NCBI GenBank assembly: GCA_039679385.1
Contig: JBDKVB010000005.1
Span: 271 to 64,270 of the forward strand
Direction of reading: 5' to 3'
Source: Armatimonadia bacterium
GTDB lineage: Bacteria > Armatimonadota > Zipacnadia > Zipacnadales > JABUFB01
Length of the DNA stretch: 64,000 nucleotides
Shown: positions 1-9,067 of the stretch, one piece after another
Layout of the letters: each line of letters begins with the position of its first letter
Numbering within the stretch: the first letter of the stretch is position 1
Program-made: the position numbers and the translations under genes
Notes under the pieces: generated by a model
Told to the model about the DNA's origin: nothing
The model's database searches: none
What the model saw: the letters and a program-made list of their open reading frames with translations, nothing else

Positions 1-11
1 CAGGGGGTGAG

Positions 12-569
12 GTGCCGTTCGAGGGCCGCCACGGCCAGAACCTCGGCCTCTTGCAGACGGTCTGCGCAAAAGGGCATAATGCAGCCATGCTGCCTGCCAA
101 AGAGACTTCTACTGCGACCGCAGTCCTGCACTCACACTCACCCGGGGAAACGCGCGACCTTGCCGCACGCCTGGCTGCATACCTGAAGGTCGGCGATGTG
201 GTGGCTCTCTCGGGGTCGCTCGGGGCAGGGAAGACCTGTTTCGTCCAGGGCCTCGCGCGGGGTCTGGGTATCGAAGGCTACGTCACGAGCCCGACCTTCA
301 TTCTCATGCGCCACCATCCCGGTAACCCGTCCCTGTGCCATGCGGACGCCTACCGGCTTGAATCGCCCGAGGAACTTGAGGACCTGGGCCTTGAGGATGT
401 CCTGGCCGGTGCCGTCCTGGCGCTCGAGTGGGCCGAGGGTGTGGCCGATGCACTCCCCGCTGAGCGTCTTGAGGTCCACATCACCTCCGACGGGGAGTCG
501 ACCCGCACCTTACACATCGAGGGCCGTGGCGACCGTTTTTCGGCAGTAGTCCGGGAGGCCTTTGCGTGA
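12..569 (+). CDS. tsaE: tRNA t6A37 biosynthesis ATPase TsaE (YjeE family)
   Basis: Walker-A 'GSLGAGKTCFVQGLARGLG' followed by 'SPTFILMRHH' and 'HADAYRL', the TsaE/YjeE pattern. 4-bp GTGA overlap with the next gene. GTG at 12 is the longest start; ATG at 87 would give a more typical ~160 aa protein. Confidence 0.8.
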   Translation: MPFEGRHGQNLGLLQTVCAKGHNAAMLPAKETSTATAVLHSHSPGETRDLAARLAAYLKVGDVVALSGSLGAGKTCFVQGLARGLGIEGYVTSPTFILMRHHPGNPSLCHADAYRLESPEELEDLGLEDVLAGAVLALEWAEGVADALPAERLEVHITSDGESTRTLHIEGRGDRFSAVVREAFA

Positions 570-1300
570 AGATACTTGCCCTGGAGACCTCGGGAGAGCC
601 CGCAAGCGTGGCCCTCCTGGAGGGCGACCGACTACTCGCCCAGCGGACCTTCCCGAGCCGGATGGCGCTCTGCCGCACCTTGCCCGGGCATATCGGCGAG
701 GCACTGTCCGACGCCGGCTTGTCCTCACTGGACAAAGTGGACGCGCTGGCCGTCTCGCTGGGCCCCGGCTCCTTCACTAGCCTTCGAGTGGGCGTGGCGC
801 TGGCCAAGGCCGCAGCCCATGCACTACATCGCCCGCTGGTCGGCGTCCCGACCCATGACGTGCTGGCCCTGGGCGTCCTGCGAGCGATGGGGGAGAGCCT
901 GGCGCCGGACTCCATGATTTGTGTGGTCCAGAGCGCGCGCAGGGAGGACGTCTACACCACCGGCTACACCGTCCAGGGGGCTTCCGTGACGCCCCTTGGT
1001 CCCTGCGAGGTCTGCGGCCTCCAGCAGGTCCTTGACCGGCTCCAGGCGAAACAGACACCGGTTGTCCTGGTGGGCGACGGCGTCGTCCTCCACCGTGACA
1101 AGCTGCTTGCCCACAATCCCGGGGGACACGTGACTCTCGGCTCCGACGACCTGCATGCTCCACGGGCCGAGTTTGTGGCGGCGCTCGCACAGCCTCAACT
1201 CGCAGCCGCCGACCCCTCGGCCGCTTTCGGTCTCCGCCCGATCTACGTGCTTGCTTCACAGGCTGAGCGCTCCCAGGGCATCGACCTGGGCCTCAGCTAG
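566..1300 (+). CDS. tsaB: tRNA t6A37 biosynthesis protein TsaB (YeaZ family, inactive Kae1/TsaD paralogue)
   Basis: N-terminus 'KILALETSGEPASVALLEGDRLL' and 'LGPGSFTSLRVGVALAKA' match the TsaB/YeaZ ASKHA-fold signature. GGGAGG lies 7 nt upstream of the GTG at 566. Adjacent to tsaE. Confidence 0.8.
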   Translation: MKILALETSGEPASVALLEGDRLLAQRTFPSRMALCRTLPGHIGEALSDAGLSSLDKVDALAVSLGPGSFTSLRVGVALAKAAAHALHRPLVGVPTHDVLALGVLRAMGESLAPDSMICVVQSARREDVYTTGYTVQGASVTPLGPCEVCGLQQVLDRLQAKQTPVVLVGDGVVLHRDKLLAHNPGGHVTLGSDDLHAPRAEFVAALAQPQLAAADPSAAFGLRPIYVLASQAERSQGIDLGLS

Positions 1301-1327
1301 CCCATACCGCAGGGAAGGGTGAGCCAG

Positions 1328-3907
1328 ATGAAGCCGGTGCTCCCACTGACGGTGCCGCTGCTGATGGTCGTGCTGAGCACAGTAAGCTGCTCTGCCCAGG
1401 ACTGGACCGCCAAGCAGGCGCTGGCCGTAGACCCGACGACGCAGGTCCAGCTTCTGCCGAACGGTGACCTGGAGCGAGTGCAGGAGAAGACCTTCGAGGG
1501 ATGGCGGCCCTGGCAGATTGGCTACGAGGTGGACGATCAAGTCAAGCACGGCGGCCGCTACAGCGCCAAGTGCACCTCGGCCTCCAACGACGAGCAGCGT
1601 GGCATGACCTACGTCCTCACGCTCAACCAGAAGACGCCTGCGCCGATCATGGCCGAGCTCTGGAGTAAGGCCGAGCAGGTCACCGGCGGCCAGGACAGCA
1701 ACTACTCCCTCTACCTGGACCTGGAGTACATGGACGGCACCCCTCTGTGGGGGCAGGTCTCACCCTTCAAGCCCGGAACTCACGACTGGCAGAAGCGCAC
1801 GGTAGTCGTGACGCCCGCCAAGCCCATCAAGTCCGTCTCCGTGCATGGCATCTTCCGCGGTCGCACCGGCACCGCCTGGTTTGACGACTTCCGCTTCTGG
1901 GAGGTCAGGGTGCCCGGCGGCGTGCAGCAGTTCGACAGCGTGACCATCGCCTCCAGTCAGCCACCCACCGGCCCAGGCACTCCGGGAATCCCGGTGCGCC
2001 TGTTCTGCCGTGACGTGGCGGCCAAGTCCAGCTTCCTTGGCCCAGAGCAGACCTGGAGCGCCCCGGTGGACGGTGTCTCGACCTTCTCCCACACGATCGA
2101 GGCGCTCAAGCTCTCCCTCGCCGCAACCTGGAAGTCGATCGGTCGCGACGCCTATCGTCTCGACCTGACGGTGAAGGACCTCAGCGGCGCTGACCGGGCT
2201 CTGACCGTCTACTGCAGCGTACCCGTCGACGCCGTGCTCTGGACCTGGTACGACGATCAGCGCACCCCCAAACCGATCGAGGAAGGTGGCAAGTACTCGA
2301 ACTACACCTCCGTCCGCGCCGGTGCCAACGGCATGGCTTCGCGCTGGCCGATTGCCTGCGTTGCCGGTCGAACCGAGGCGATGGTCATCGGCGCTCCCCT
2401 CGATGTCCCGCGTCTGTGCCGGTTCTCCTATGACGCCGGTTCGCGCGAGCTGTTCGCGGCAGTCGATCTGGGCCTCTCGGCTGCTGTCCGGCGGTACCCT
2501 TCGCAGGCATCCATGAGCCTCGTCGTCTACCGCAGCGATCCGCGGTGGGGGTTCCGGTCGGCCCTGCAGCGCTACTACGAGCTCTTCCCTGACTGCTTCA
2601 CCAAGCGGAACACCAAAGAGGGCATCTGGATGCCCTTCACCGATATCGCCAAGGTCGAGGGCTTCCAGGACTTCGGCTTCCAGTTCCATGAGGGCAACAA
2701 CAACGTCGCCTTCGACGAGAAGAACGGCATCGACAGCTTCGTCTACGTGGAGCCCGCGAGTCACTGGCTGTCCATGCCCAAGGATATGGAGCGCACCAAC
2801 GACCGGGCCATCGCGTACCTGAAGGAGAAGGCCTCCAAGGGCGATCTGCAGTCCCAGGCGACCCTTAGCTCGGCCCTGGAGGATCCCGAGGGTGCCTGGT
2901 ACGGCGGCACCATCACCGCGCCCTGGTGTGACGGAGCACTGTACTACAACAACCCGAGCCCCTTCGTGAAGGGGCTGGACCCGGCAAGTGTCACGCAGTT
3001 TGACGTCCGCTGGCGGAGCATCGACGGGGCCTTCAAAGCGGCGGAGAAGCTGCCCGAGAAGGCAGTCCTCGACGGTACCTATGTTGACTCCTTCGAGATG
3101 GCGGCGACGCAGCTCAACTACCGACCGAGTCACCTTGCGGAGACCGGCACGCCACTGGTCTACGACACCGACGGCCGCCTGTGCCAGATGGAGATCTTCA
3201 ACAGCCTCGACTTCGCCGCCGAGCTTGCTCACCGGATGTGGGGAGCGGGGAAGATGACCTTCGCCAACTCCACGCCGGCCAACTTCCCCTGGGGTGGAGC
3301 GTGGTTTGACGTGATGGGCACTGAGACGAACTGGTGCCCGGGAGGCAAGTACACGCCGAACGCCGACGCAACGATGAACTACCGCCGGGGCATCTGCTAC
3401 CAGCGACCGTATCTTCTCCTCATGAACACGGTCTTTGACGACATGAAGCCGGAGTGGATCGAGCTGTACATGAAGCGCTGCGTGGCCTACGCCATCTTCC
3501 CGGGCTTCTTCAGCCACAACGCTTCGAGCGATGTGTACTTCAGCCGGCCGCTGCTGTACAACCGCGATCGGTCGCTGTTCCTCAAGTACGTCCCGGTGAT
3601 CAAGACCCTGAGCGCCGCGGGCTGGCAGCCGATCACCTGGGCGTGGCCGAAGGAGGCGAAGGTGTACCTCGAGCGGTACGGCGATGGCGCCGGTCCTGTG
3701 TACCTAACGGTGTTCAACGATTCCCCTCAGGCGGTGACAACGGAACTGAGCATCGACCTCGCGGCCCTGGGAAGGCCGCTGCAGGCAGCAAGCGTCCGCG
3801 AACTGTTCTCGGGCAGCGACCTCGCTTACGACGTCAGCGGGAAGTACGCTCGACTGCCAATCAGCCTCGGCCCAGAGGATGTTAAGGTTCTGTTATTGGG
3901 CCGATAG
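1328..3907 (+). CDS. Secreted protein with an N-terminal CBM-like beta-sandwich module and a large C-terminal domain of unknown family (glycan-active enzyme suspected)
   Basis: ATG at 1328 is preceded by AGGGAAGGG; the track ORF starts at GTG 1319. Signal peptide 'MKPVLPLTVPLLMVVLSTVSCSAQ'. The N-terminal module 'LLPNGDLE...WSKAEQV..NYSLYLDLEYMDGTPLWGQ..GTHDWQK..AWFDDFRF' is clearly homologous to the N-terminus of the protein at 43520..45913. I could not assign the remainder to a family. Confidence 0.6.
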   Translation: MKPVLPLTVPLLMVVLSTVSCSAQDWTAKQALAVDPTTQVQLLPNGDLERVQEKTFEGWRPWQIGYEVDDQVKHGGRYSAKCTSASNDEQRGMTYVLTLNQKTPAPIMAELWSKAEQVTGGQDSNYSLYLDLEYMDGTPLWGQVSPFKPGTHDWQKRTVVVTPAKPIKSVSVHGIFRGRTGTAWFDDFRFWEVRVPGGVQQFDSVTIASSQPPTGPGTPGIPVRLFCRDVAAKSSFLGPEQTWSAPVDGVSTFSHTIEALKLSLAATWKSIGRDAYRLDLTVKDLSGADRALTVYCSVPVDAVLWTWYDDQRTPKPIEEGGKYSNYTSVRAGANGMASRWPIACVAGRTEAMVIGAPLDVPRLCRFSYDAGSRELFAAVDLGLSAAVRRYPSQASMSLVVYRSDPRWGFRSALQRYYELFPDCFTKRNTKEGIWMPFTDIAKVEGFQDFGFQFHEGNNNVAFDEKNGIDSFVYVEPASHWLSMPKDMERTNDRAIAYLKEKASKGDLQSQATLSSALEDPEGAWYGGTITAPWCDGALYYNNPSPFVKGLDPASVTQFDVRWRSIDGAFKAAEKLPEKAVLDGTYVDSFEMAATQLNYRPSHLAETGTPLVYDTDGRLCQMEIFNSLDFAAELAHRMWGAGKMTFANSTPANFPWGGAWFDVMGTETNWCPGGKYTPNADATMNYRRGICYQRPYLLLMNTVFDDMKPEWIELYMKRCVAYAIFPGFFSHNASSDVYFSRPLLYNRDRSLFLKYVPVIKTLSAAGWQPITWAWPKEAKVYLERYGDGAGPVYLTVFNDSPQAVTTELSIDLAALGRPLQAASVRELFSGSDLAYDVSGKYARLPISLGPEDVKVLLLGR

Positions 3908-4013
3908 GGAACTTGCGGGTGCTGCGCCTTTGTTGTAGCCTTCCGCTCGTTGTGTATGCTCGACCAAGCTTTGCTGCGGGGTCCTGTCTGGTCTTCCGCG
4001 GCCGTAGATACCG

Positions 4014-5885
4014 ATGGGAAGCCAGAAGCGAATGACCAACAGCACAACGTGTTGCCGTACTGCCACCACAGGCGACCAGCCCTCCACCACAGCCCCCGGA
4101 TTCCTGACCCGTTGGGGTTGGCTGGCGGTCGTGCTGGTCGGTCTGGCCATGTACTTCGTGGGGATCTGGAGCTACCACTTCCTCGACCCCGACGAGGGGC
4201 GCTATGCCGAGATTCCGCGCGAGATGCTGGAGAGCGGCGATTTCGTCACCCCGCGCCTCAATTACGTAAAATACTTCGAGAAACCGCCATTGATGTACTG
4301 GATCACGGCAGGCGCCTTCGCTCTTGCCGGGGAGAAGGAGTGGGCAGGCCGTGCGGTGCCGGCTACTGCGGGGTTCCTGACGCTGCTTCTGGTTATGGGG
4401 CTGGGCCGCCGCATGTGGGGGAAACGCGGCGGCGTGATCTCCGGTTGGGTCTACCTCACCAGCGTTCTCCCGCTGGTGATGGCGCGCCTACTGATCATTG
4501 ATGGGTTGTTCGGTCTCTGTTTGTCCGCCTGCTGGGCCTCGTGGTGGCTGGGAACAGACACGGAAGAGGCCGTCCCCAAGCGACGTTGGTACCTGGCAGC
4601 CTGGGCCTGCCTTGCTCTGGCAACCCTGGCCAAGGGTCCAACAGCGATCGCGATGAGCGTGGGCGTGGTTCTGGTATACTGTGGCCTGCGCCGTGACTTC
4701 CGTCCCTTGCGCGAGATGGCCTGGGCCTCGGGGCTGCTGCTCTTCGCAGTGATCGCCTTGCCCTGGCATGTGCTGGTCAGCCTGGCGAACCCGGAGTTCC
4801 CTTACTACTACATCGTAGTGCAGCATCTGCTCCGCGCTGCCGGCCAGGAGCATATCAAACCGGCGTGGTACTTCTTCGTCATCACGCCCCTGGGGATGTG
4901 GGGCTGGGCGCTCATCGCCCTGCCTGTGTTCTGGGCCGCCTTGCGGAAGTCCCTGACCCTGTGGCGCCGCCCTGTGACGACCGAAGCACAGGACGCCGAC
5001 ACACAGCGAACCGACCGCGAGCACTCGGCCGTGACCTTCCTGGTCGTCTGGGCGCTGGGGGTCGTCGTCTTCTTCAGCCTGAGCCGGTGCAAGCTGGTGC
5101 CCTACATGCAGCCGGCGTACCCGGCCCTGGCCCTGCTAATCGGTTGGTACCTGACACGTGGTGTCAGGGCCGTAACAGCAGTAAGGGTCGCTGCAGCGGT
5201 GACCGGACTGATGTTCTTGTGCCTGGGAATAGCCGCACCCTTCCTGGCCGCCGACCAGGATGTCGTACCGGCAGCCAGCTTCATGCCTCTTGCATACGGG
5301 CTTGCCGCGGGCATGGTGATCAGCGCCCTTGCGCTCTTTGTCAGCTCCTTCCGGGGCCGGTGGCTGACCTTCACGCCCGGTCTGGTACTTGCGCTGATAG
5401 TGCCTTTCCTGGTCGCCAACATCCCGCTCTTTGCCCAGTACAAGCGCGTCGGTGCTATACTTGACGGGATGCCGCAACCCATGCCCGCCGATGTGCGGAT
5501 CGCCGAGTGGAACAGCTACGACCAGAGTCTGAGCTTCTACCTGCACCGCCGCGTCGCCCTGATCGGCACACGGGACGAGCTGAAGTTCGGCAGCGAGATC
5601 GGCGACAACCGAGAGTACTTCCTGGAGGGCCCTGAAGACCTCCCGGCCCTGTCCAGCAAGGGGCCCTTGCTGCTGCTTGTGATACCGCGCGACTGGAGCA
5701 CCGCCAGAACCTGGGAGGAGTTCCAGGTGGCGGCCGCCAACAGCAGCAACATCATGCTCGGGAACCGGGCCTTCTTCGAGCGCACCAAACTGCGGCCCTG
5801 GCCGCACGAAGCCGTCACCAAGTCGCCGCTGCTCTTGATGCCGCAGCCGCAGGGCAGCGCTACTACACCTCTACCTGCACGATAG
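4014..5885 (+). CDS. arnT: Undecaprenyl-phosphate-L-Ara4N:lipid A (or other acceptor) 4-amino-4-deoxy-L-arabinosyltransferase, ArnT/GT83-PMT_2 type
   Basis: 'LDPDEGRYAEIPREMLESGDFVTPRLNYVKYFEKPPLMYW' matches the ArnT N-terminal signature as I recall it from E. coli ArnT ('PDETRYAEISREML.SGDW..P......YFEKP'). 'LAKGPTAI' and 'KPAWYFF' motifs are present, and the protein is polytopic. The start is uncertain: ATG at 4032 is an alternative. Confidence 0.8.
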   Translation: MGSQKRMTNSTTCCRTATTGDQPSTTAPGFLTRWGWLAVVLVGLAMYFVGIWSYHFLDPDEGRYAEIPREMLESGDFVTPRLNYVKYFEKPPLMYWITAGAFALAGEKEWAGRAVPATAGFLTLLLVMGLGRRMWGKRGGVISGWVYLTSVLPLVMARLLIIDGLFGLCLSACWASWWLGTDTEEAVPKRRWYLAAWACLALATLAKGPTAIAMSVGVVLVYCGLRRDFRPLREMAWASGLLLFAVIALPWHVLVSLANPEFPYYYIVVQHLLRAAGQEHIKPAWYFFVITPLGMWGWALIALPVFWAALRKSLTLWRRPVTTEAQDADTQRTDREHSAVTFLVVWALGVVVFFSLSRCKLVPYMQPAYPALALLIGWYLTRGVRAVTAVRVAAAVTGLMFLCLGIAAPFLAADQDVVPAASFMPLAYGLAAGMVISALALFVSSFRGRWLTFTPGLVLALIVPFLVANIPLFAQYKRVGAILDGMPQPMPADVRIAEWNSYDQSLSFYLHRRVALIGTRDELKFGSEIGDNREYFLEGPEDLPALSSKGPLLLLVIPRDWSTARTWEEFQVAAANSSNIMLGNRAFFERTKLRPWPHEAVTKSPLLLMPQPQGSATTPLPAR

Positions 5886-5899
5886 GGAGATGCTCCTTC

Positions 5900-7090
5900 G
5901 TGGGTGAATCACCAAAGCAGCCGCTACGAGACGAGGTCCTGCCCTTCAGCCGCCCGCGCATTGGGGATGAGGAGGTTGACGAGGTCGTAGCGGCCCTGCG
6001 TTCGGGCTGGCTGACCACCGGGCCACGAGTCGATGCCTTCGAAGCCGCCCTGGGCGAGTACTTCGGAGCGGGCACCGAGGTCGTCTCGGTAAACTCCGGA
6101 ACGGCGGCTTTGCATCTCGCCAATCTGGCCACCGGCATCGGCCCCGGCGACGAGGTCCTTACGACCCCGCTCACCTGGGCCGCGACCTCGAACATGCTGC
6201 TCCTCGTGGGCGCCAAGCCCGTGTTCGTCGACATCGATCGTGACACCCTGAACATGGATGTCGCTCTGCTGGAGGCCGCGATCACCGAGCGCACGAAGGC
6301 GATTCTGCCCGTGCACTTCGCCGGCCTGTGCTGCGACATGGTCCCCATGATGCAAGTGGCGCGCGACCACAACCTCTTCATCATCGAGGACGCGGCACAC
6401 TGCTTCGGGTCGACCTGCCCCGCGGGAGTTGCCGGGATGATCGGCCGGGCAGGCTGTCTGAGCTTCCATCCCAGCAAGCCCATCACCACCGGCGAGGGCG
6501 GCGCGCTCCTCACCCGTGACCCGGAGGTGGCGGAACGTGCCCGACTGCTGCGCTTCCACGGCGTGACCCGTGGCGCACGAGCACGGATGTCGGGCACGGC
6601 TGAGTATGAGGTGGAGGCGGTCGGGTTCAAGTACAACATGCTCGACATGCAGGCCGCGATCGGGCTTCACCAGATCAAGCGTGCCGCCCAGACGCGCCAA
6701 CGACGCTCGGAACTTGCCGCCCTCTACCGCAGTCTGATGGCAGACCTGGACGGGGACGTGCTGTTCCTCCCGGCGAATCCACCGGCTGACTGGCAACATT
6801 CCTGGCACTTGTATGTCATAAGACTGAACCTCGATCGTGTAACGCTGGACCGGCCGGCTTTCCGGCAGGCCTTGCGCGACCGTAACATCGCCACAGGTCT
6901 GCACTACCGCAGCCTGCACGTCGAGCCGCTCTACCAGCGCGAGCTCGGATGCAAGACCGAGGACTACCCCAACGCAGCCTGGGCTTCCGACCGCGTTGTG
7001 AGTCTGCCGCTGTTCGCTGACATGACCGACGAAGATGCCGTGTATGTCGCCAACGCAGTTCGTGAGGTGCTCGATGGGAACCGCCGCTGA
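5900..7090 (+). CDS. arnB: UDP-4-amino-4-deoxy-L-arabinose--oxoglutarate aminotransferase (DegT/DnrJ/EryC1 family)
   Basis: 'PFSRPRIGDEEVDEVVAALRSGWLTTGPRV' and the PLP-lysine region 'SFHPSKPITTGEGGAL' are typical of DegT/ArnB aminotransferases. Sits in an arn gene context. GGGAG lies upstream of the GTG at 5900. Confidence 0.8.
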   Translation: MGESPKQPLRDEVLPFSRPRIGDEEVDEVVAALRSGWLTTGPRVDAFEAALGEYFGAGTEVVSVNSGTAALHLANLATGIGPGDEVLTTPLTWAATSNMLLLVGAKPVFVDIDRDTLNMDVALLEAAITERTKAILPVHFAGLCCDMVPMMQVARDHNLFIIEDAAHCFGSTCPAGVAGMIGRAGCLSFHPSKPITTGEGGALLTRDPEVAERARLLRFHGVTRGARARMSGTAEYEVEAVGFKYNMLDMQAAIGLHQIKRAAQTRQRRSELAALYRSLMADLDGDVLFLPANPPADWQHSWHLYVIRLNLDRVTLDRPAFRQALRDRNIATGLHYRSLHVEPLYQRELGCKTEDYPNAAWASDRVVSLPLFADMTDEDAVYVANAVREVLDGNRR

Positions 7091-8030
7091 CCGGCCTGCA
7101 ATCACGCTCCTGGTGCCGGTCTACAACGAAGAGGACGCGCTCCCCAGCTTCTTTGAGGCCCTGGAGGCTGCTGCGTCCGGGCTACCCAAGCCGCTGGAGT
7201 ACGTCTTCGTCAACGACGGCAGCATGGACCGATCCTTGTCCATGCTCCACGAGTTCCGCAGCGCGCAGGCAACCGTCAAGGTGGTCGAGCTGACCGGAAA
7301 CTTCGGCCAGCACGCCGCGATCATGGCAGGCTTCCAGGAGGCACAGGGGGAGATCGTCGTCACCCTGGATGCCGACTTGCAGAACCCGCCTTCCGAGATA
7401 CACAAGCTCGTCGACAAGGTCCGCGAGGGCTACGACGTGGTGGCCGGCTGGCGTGTGAACCGCCAGGATCCACTGACGCGACGTACTGCCTCCTGGATGA
7501 TGAACAAGGTCGTGGGCACCACCACCGGGCATCACCTGCACGACTACGGCTGCATGCTCCGAGCCTACTCGCGGCAGGTCGTGGACTGCGTCAACCAGTG
7601 CCCGGAGCGGCACCTGTACGTTCCGGTACTGGCCAACTCCTTCGCACGTAGGGTCACCGAAGTCGGCGTCGAGCACTCTGAGCGCGAGATGGGGCAGACC
7701 AAGTACTCCTGGGGCAAGCTGTGGCGACTGAACTTCGACCTGGTCACCGGCATCAGCACTCTGCCGCTGCACTGGGTGAGCTTCGGGGGCCTGGTGATCT
7801 CCCTGTTCGGCCTGACCTTCGGCATCTTCCTTCTGGTCCGCCGCTTCATAGTGGGCGCCGAGGTCGAGGGCGTGTTCACCCTCTTCGGGCTGCTGTTCTT
7901 CCTGGTCGGCGTTCAGATCTTCGCCATAGGGCTGATCGGCGAGTATCTCACCAGGATCTACGATCAGGTCCGTGGTCGGCCGCGCTATCTGGTGCGAGAG
8001 GTCACGACTTCTGATCCCCAGACGTCCTAG
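7074..8030 (+). CDS. arnC: Undecaprenyl-phosphate 4-deoxy-4-formamido-L-arabinose transferase (GT2)
   Basis: GT2 signature 'ITLLVPVYNEEDALP...VFVNDGSMDRS...TLDADLQNPP', with two C-terminal TM helices as in ArnC. ATG at 7074 chosen; the track ORF starts at 7035 inside arnB. Confidence 0.8.
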   Translation: MGTAADRPAITLLVPVYNEEDALPSFFEALEAAASGLPKPLEYVFVNDGSMDRSLSMLHEFRSAQATVKVVELTGNFGQHAAIMAGFQEAQGEIVVTLDADLQNPPSEIHKLVDKVREGYDVVAGWRVNRQDPLTRRTASWMMNKVVGTTTGHHLHDYGCMLRAYSRQVVDCVNQCPERHLYVPVLANSFARRVTEVGVEHSEREMGQTKYSWGKLWRLNFDLVTGISTLPLHWVSFGGLVISLFGLTFGIFLLVRRFIVGAEVEGVFTLFGLLFFLVGVQIFAIGLIGEYLTRIYDQVRGRPRYLVREVTTSDPQTS

Positions 8031-8102
8031 TGGGGCTGGGCGTCTGTCGCACTCCCTTTGGGTTCACAGCCTGGCAGTACCTGCACATGGAGCGTGCCAC
8101 TC

Positions 8103-9035
8103 GTGAGGATCGCCTGCCTGACCTACCAGCTCATCGGCCATGCCGCACTCAGCTACCTGCTGGAAGAGACGGAGGACGAGGTCGTCGGCGTCTTCACCCA
8201 CGAGGATAGCCCGGGGGAGGAGATCTGGTGGCCGTCGGTGGCCGAGTTGGCTGCCGGTCACGGGGTCGAGGTGCTCACTCCCGAGAACCTCAATGCACCC
8301 GAGTGGGTAGAGCGTCTGCGGCAGATGAAGCCGGACATCATCGTGAGCGCCTGGTACCGCAACCTGGTGAAGCAGCCGATTCTGGACATCCCGCCCCTCG
8401 GGGCGTACAACCTGCACGGTTCGCTGTTGCCGCTCTACCGGGGACGCGCCCCTGTGAACTGGGTTTTGGTCAACGGTGAGCAGGAGACTGGGATGACCCT
8501 GCACCAGATGACGGTGCGGGCCGATGCCGGCGACATCGTGGGGCAGGCAGTAGTCCCGGTTGAGCTGGATGACACCGCGGCGACGCTTTACGAGCGCCTG
8601 GCAGCAACCGGCAAGGACGTTCTGCGAGCCGCCTGGCCCCTGCTCCGAGAGGGGAAGGCGCCACGGCGGGTGCAGGACGTGGCGAAGGCGACCTACGTGG
8701 GCCGTCGCACGCCCGCCGACGGAGAGTTCGCTTGGGACTGGCCGGCACGGCAGATCCACAATCTGGTCCGAGCAGTAACGCACCCGTACCCGGGCGCCTT
8801 TGTAGAGGGGCCCAGGGGTCGCGTGTTTGTCTGGCAGTCGCATCCGGTGCCGGGTCTGCTGTTTCCGAACCCGCCGGCTCCCGGGTCGGTCTGTCGTTGG
8901 TCACCCGCGGGTCTGGAGGTCGCAACCAGCGAGGGTAACCTGCTGGTCACCCGCCTCCAGAGGCAGGGGGAGGAAGAGCTGGACGCAGAGGCGTACGTAC
9001 AGCGGTACGGCGTCGAGGTCGGAGACATTATCTAG
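8103..9035 (+). CDS. arnA: UDP-L-Ara4N formyltransferase (stand-alone homologue of the ArnA N-terminal domain; Fmt-like)
   Basis: 'VRIACLTYQLIGHAALSYLL...VVGVFTHEDSPGE' and 'NLHGSLLPLYRGRAPVNWVLVNGE.ETGMTLHQM' form the formyltransferase catalytic core (N..H..D type). GTG at 8103 aligns with the ArnA/Fmt N-terminus; the track ORF starts at 8058. Confidence 0.75.
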   Translation: MRIACLTYQLIGHAALSYLLEETEDEVVGVFTHEDSPGEEIWWPSVAELAAGHGVEVLTPENLNAPEWVERLRQMKPDIIVSAWYRNLVKQPILDIPPLGAYNLHGSLLPLYRGRAPVNWVLVNGEQETGMTLHQMTVRADAGDIVGQAVVPVELDDTAATLYERLAATGKDVLRAAWPLLREGKAPRRVQDVAKATYVGRRTPADGEFAWDWPARQIHNLVRAVTHPYPGAFVEGPRGRVFVWQSHPVPGLLFPNPPAPGSVCRWSPAGLEVATSEGNLLVTRLQRQGEEELDAEAYVQRYGVEVGDII

Positions 9036-9067
9036 GCTACGACACGAGCAGCATCGGAGGAGAACCA

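Noticed and set aside
12-86. The possibility that the first 25 codons of the tsaE ORF represent a separate upstream feature truncated by the window edge.
   Set aside because: The window start gives too little sequence to judge. It is treated simply as start-codon ambiguity (GTG 12 vs ATG 87).
1760-3517. 585-aa ORF on the minus strand inside the 1328..3907 gene. Similar long antisense ORFs occur at 5924..7105, 14137..15549, 16978..18903, 24509..25651, 33317..34621, 46289..47647, 50311..51612, 52301..53605, 56991..58022, 59289..60689, 60608..62170 and 62274..63512.
   Set aside because: Each lies fully antisense to an ORF with clear family motifs. Their translations are Arg/Gly/Ala/Pro/His-rich low-complexity strings with no motifs. 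Such stop-free shadow frames are expected in GC-rich DNA.
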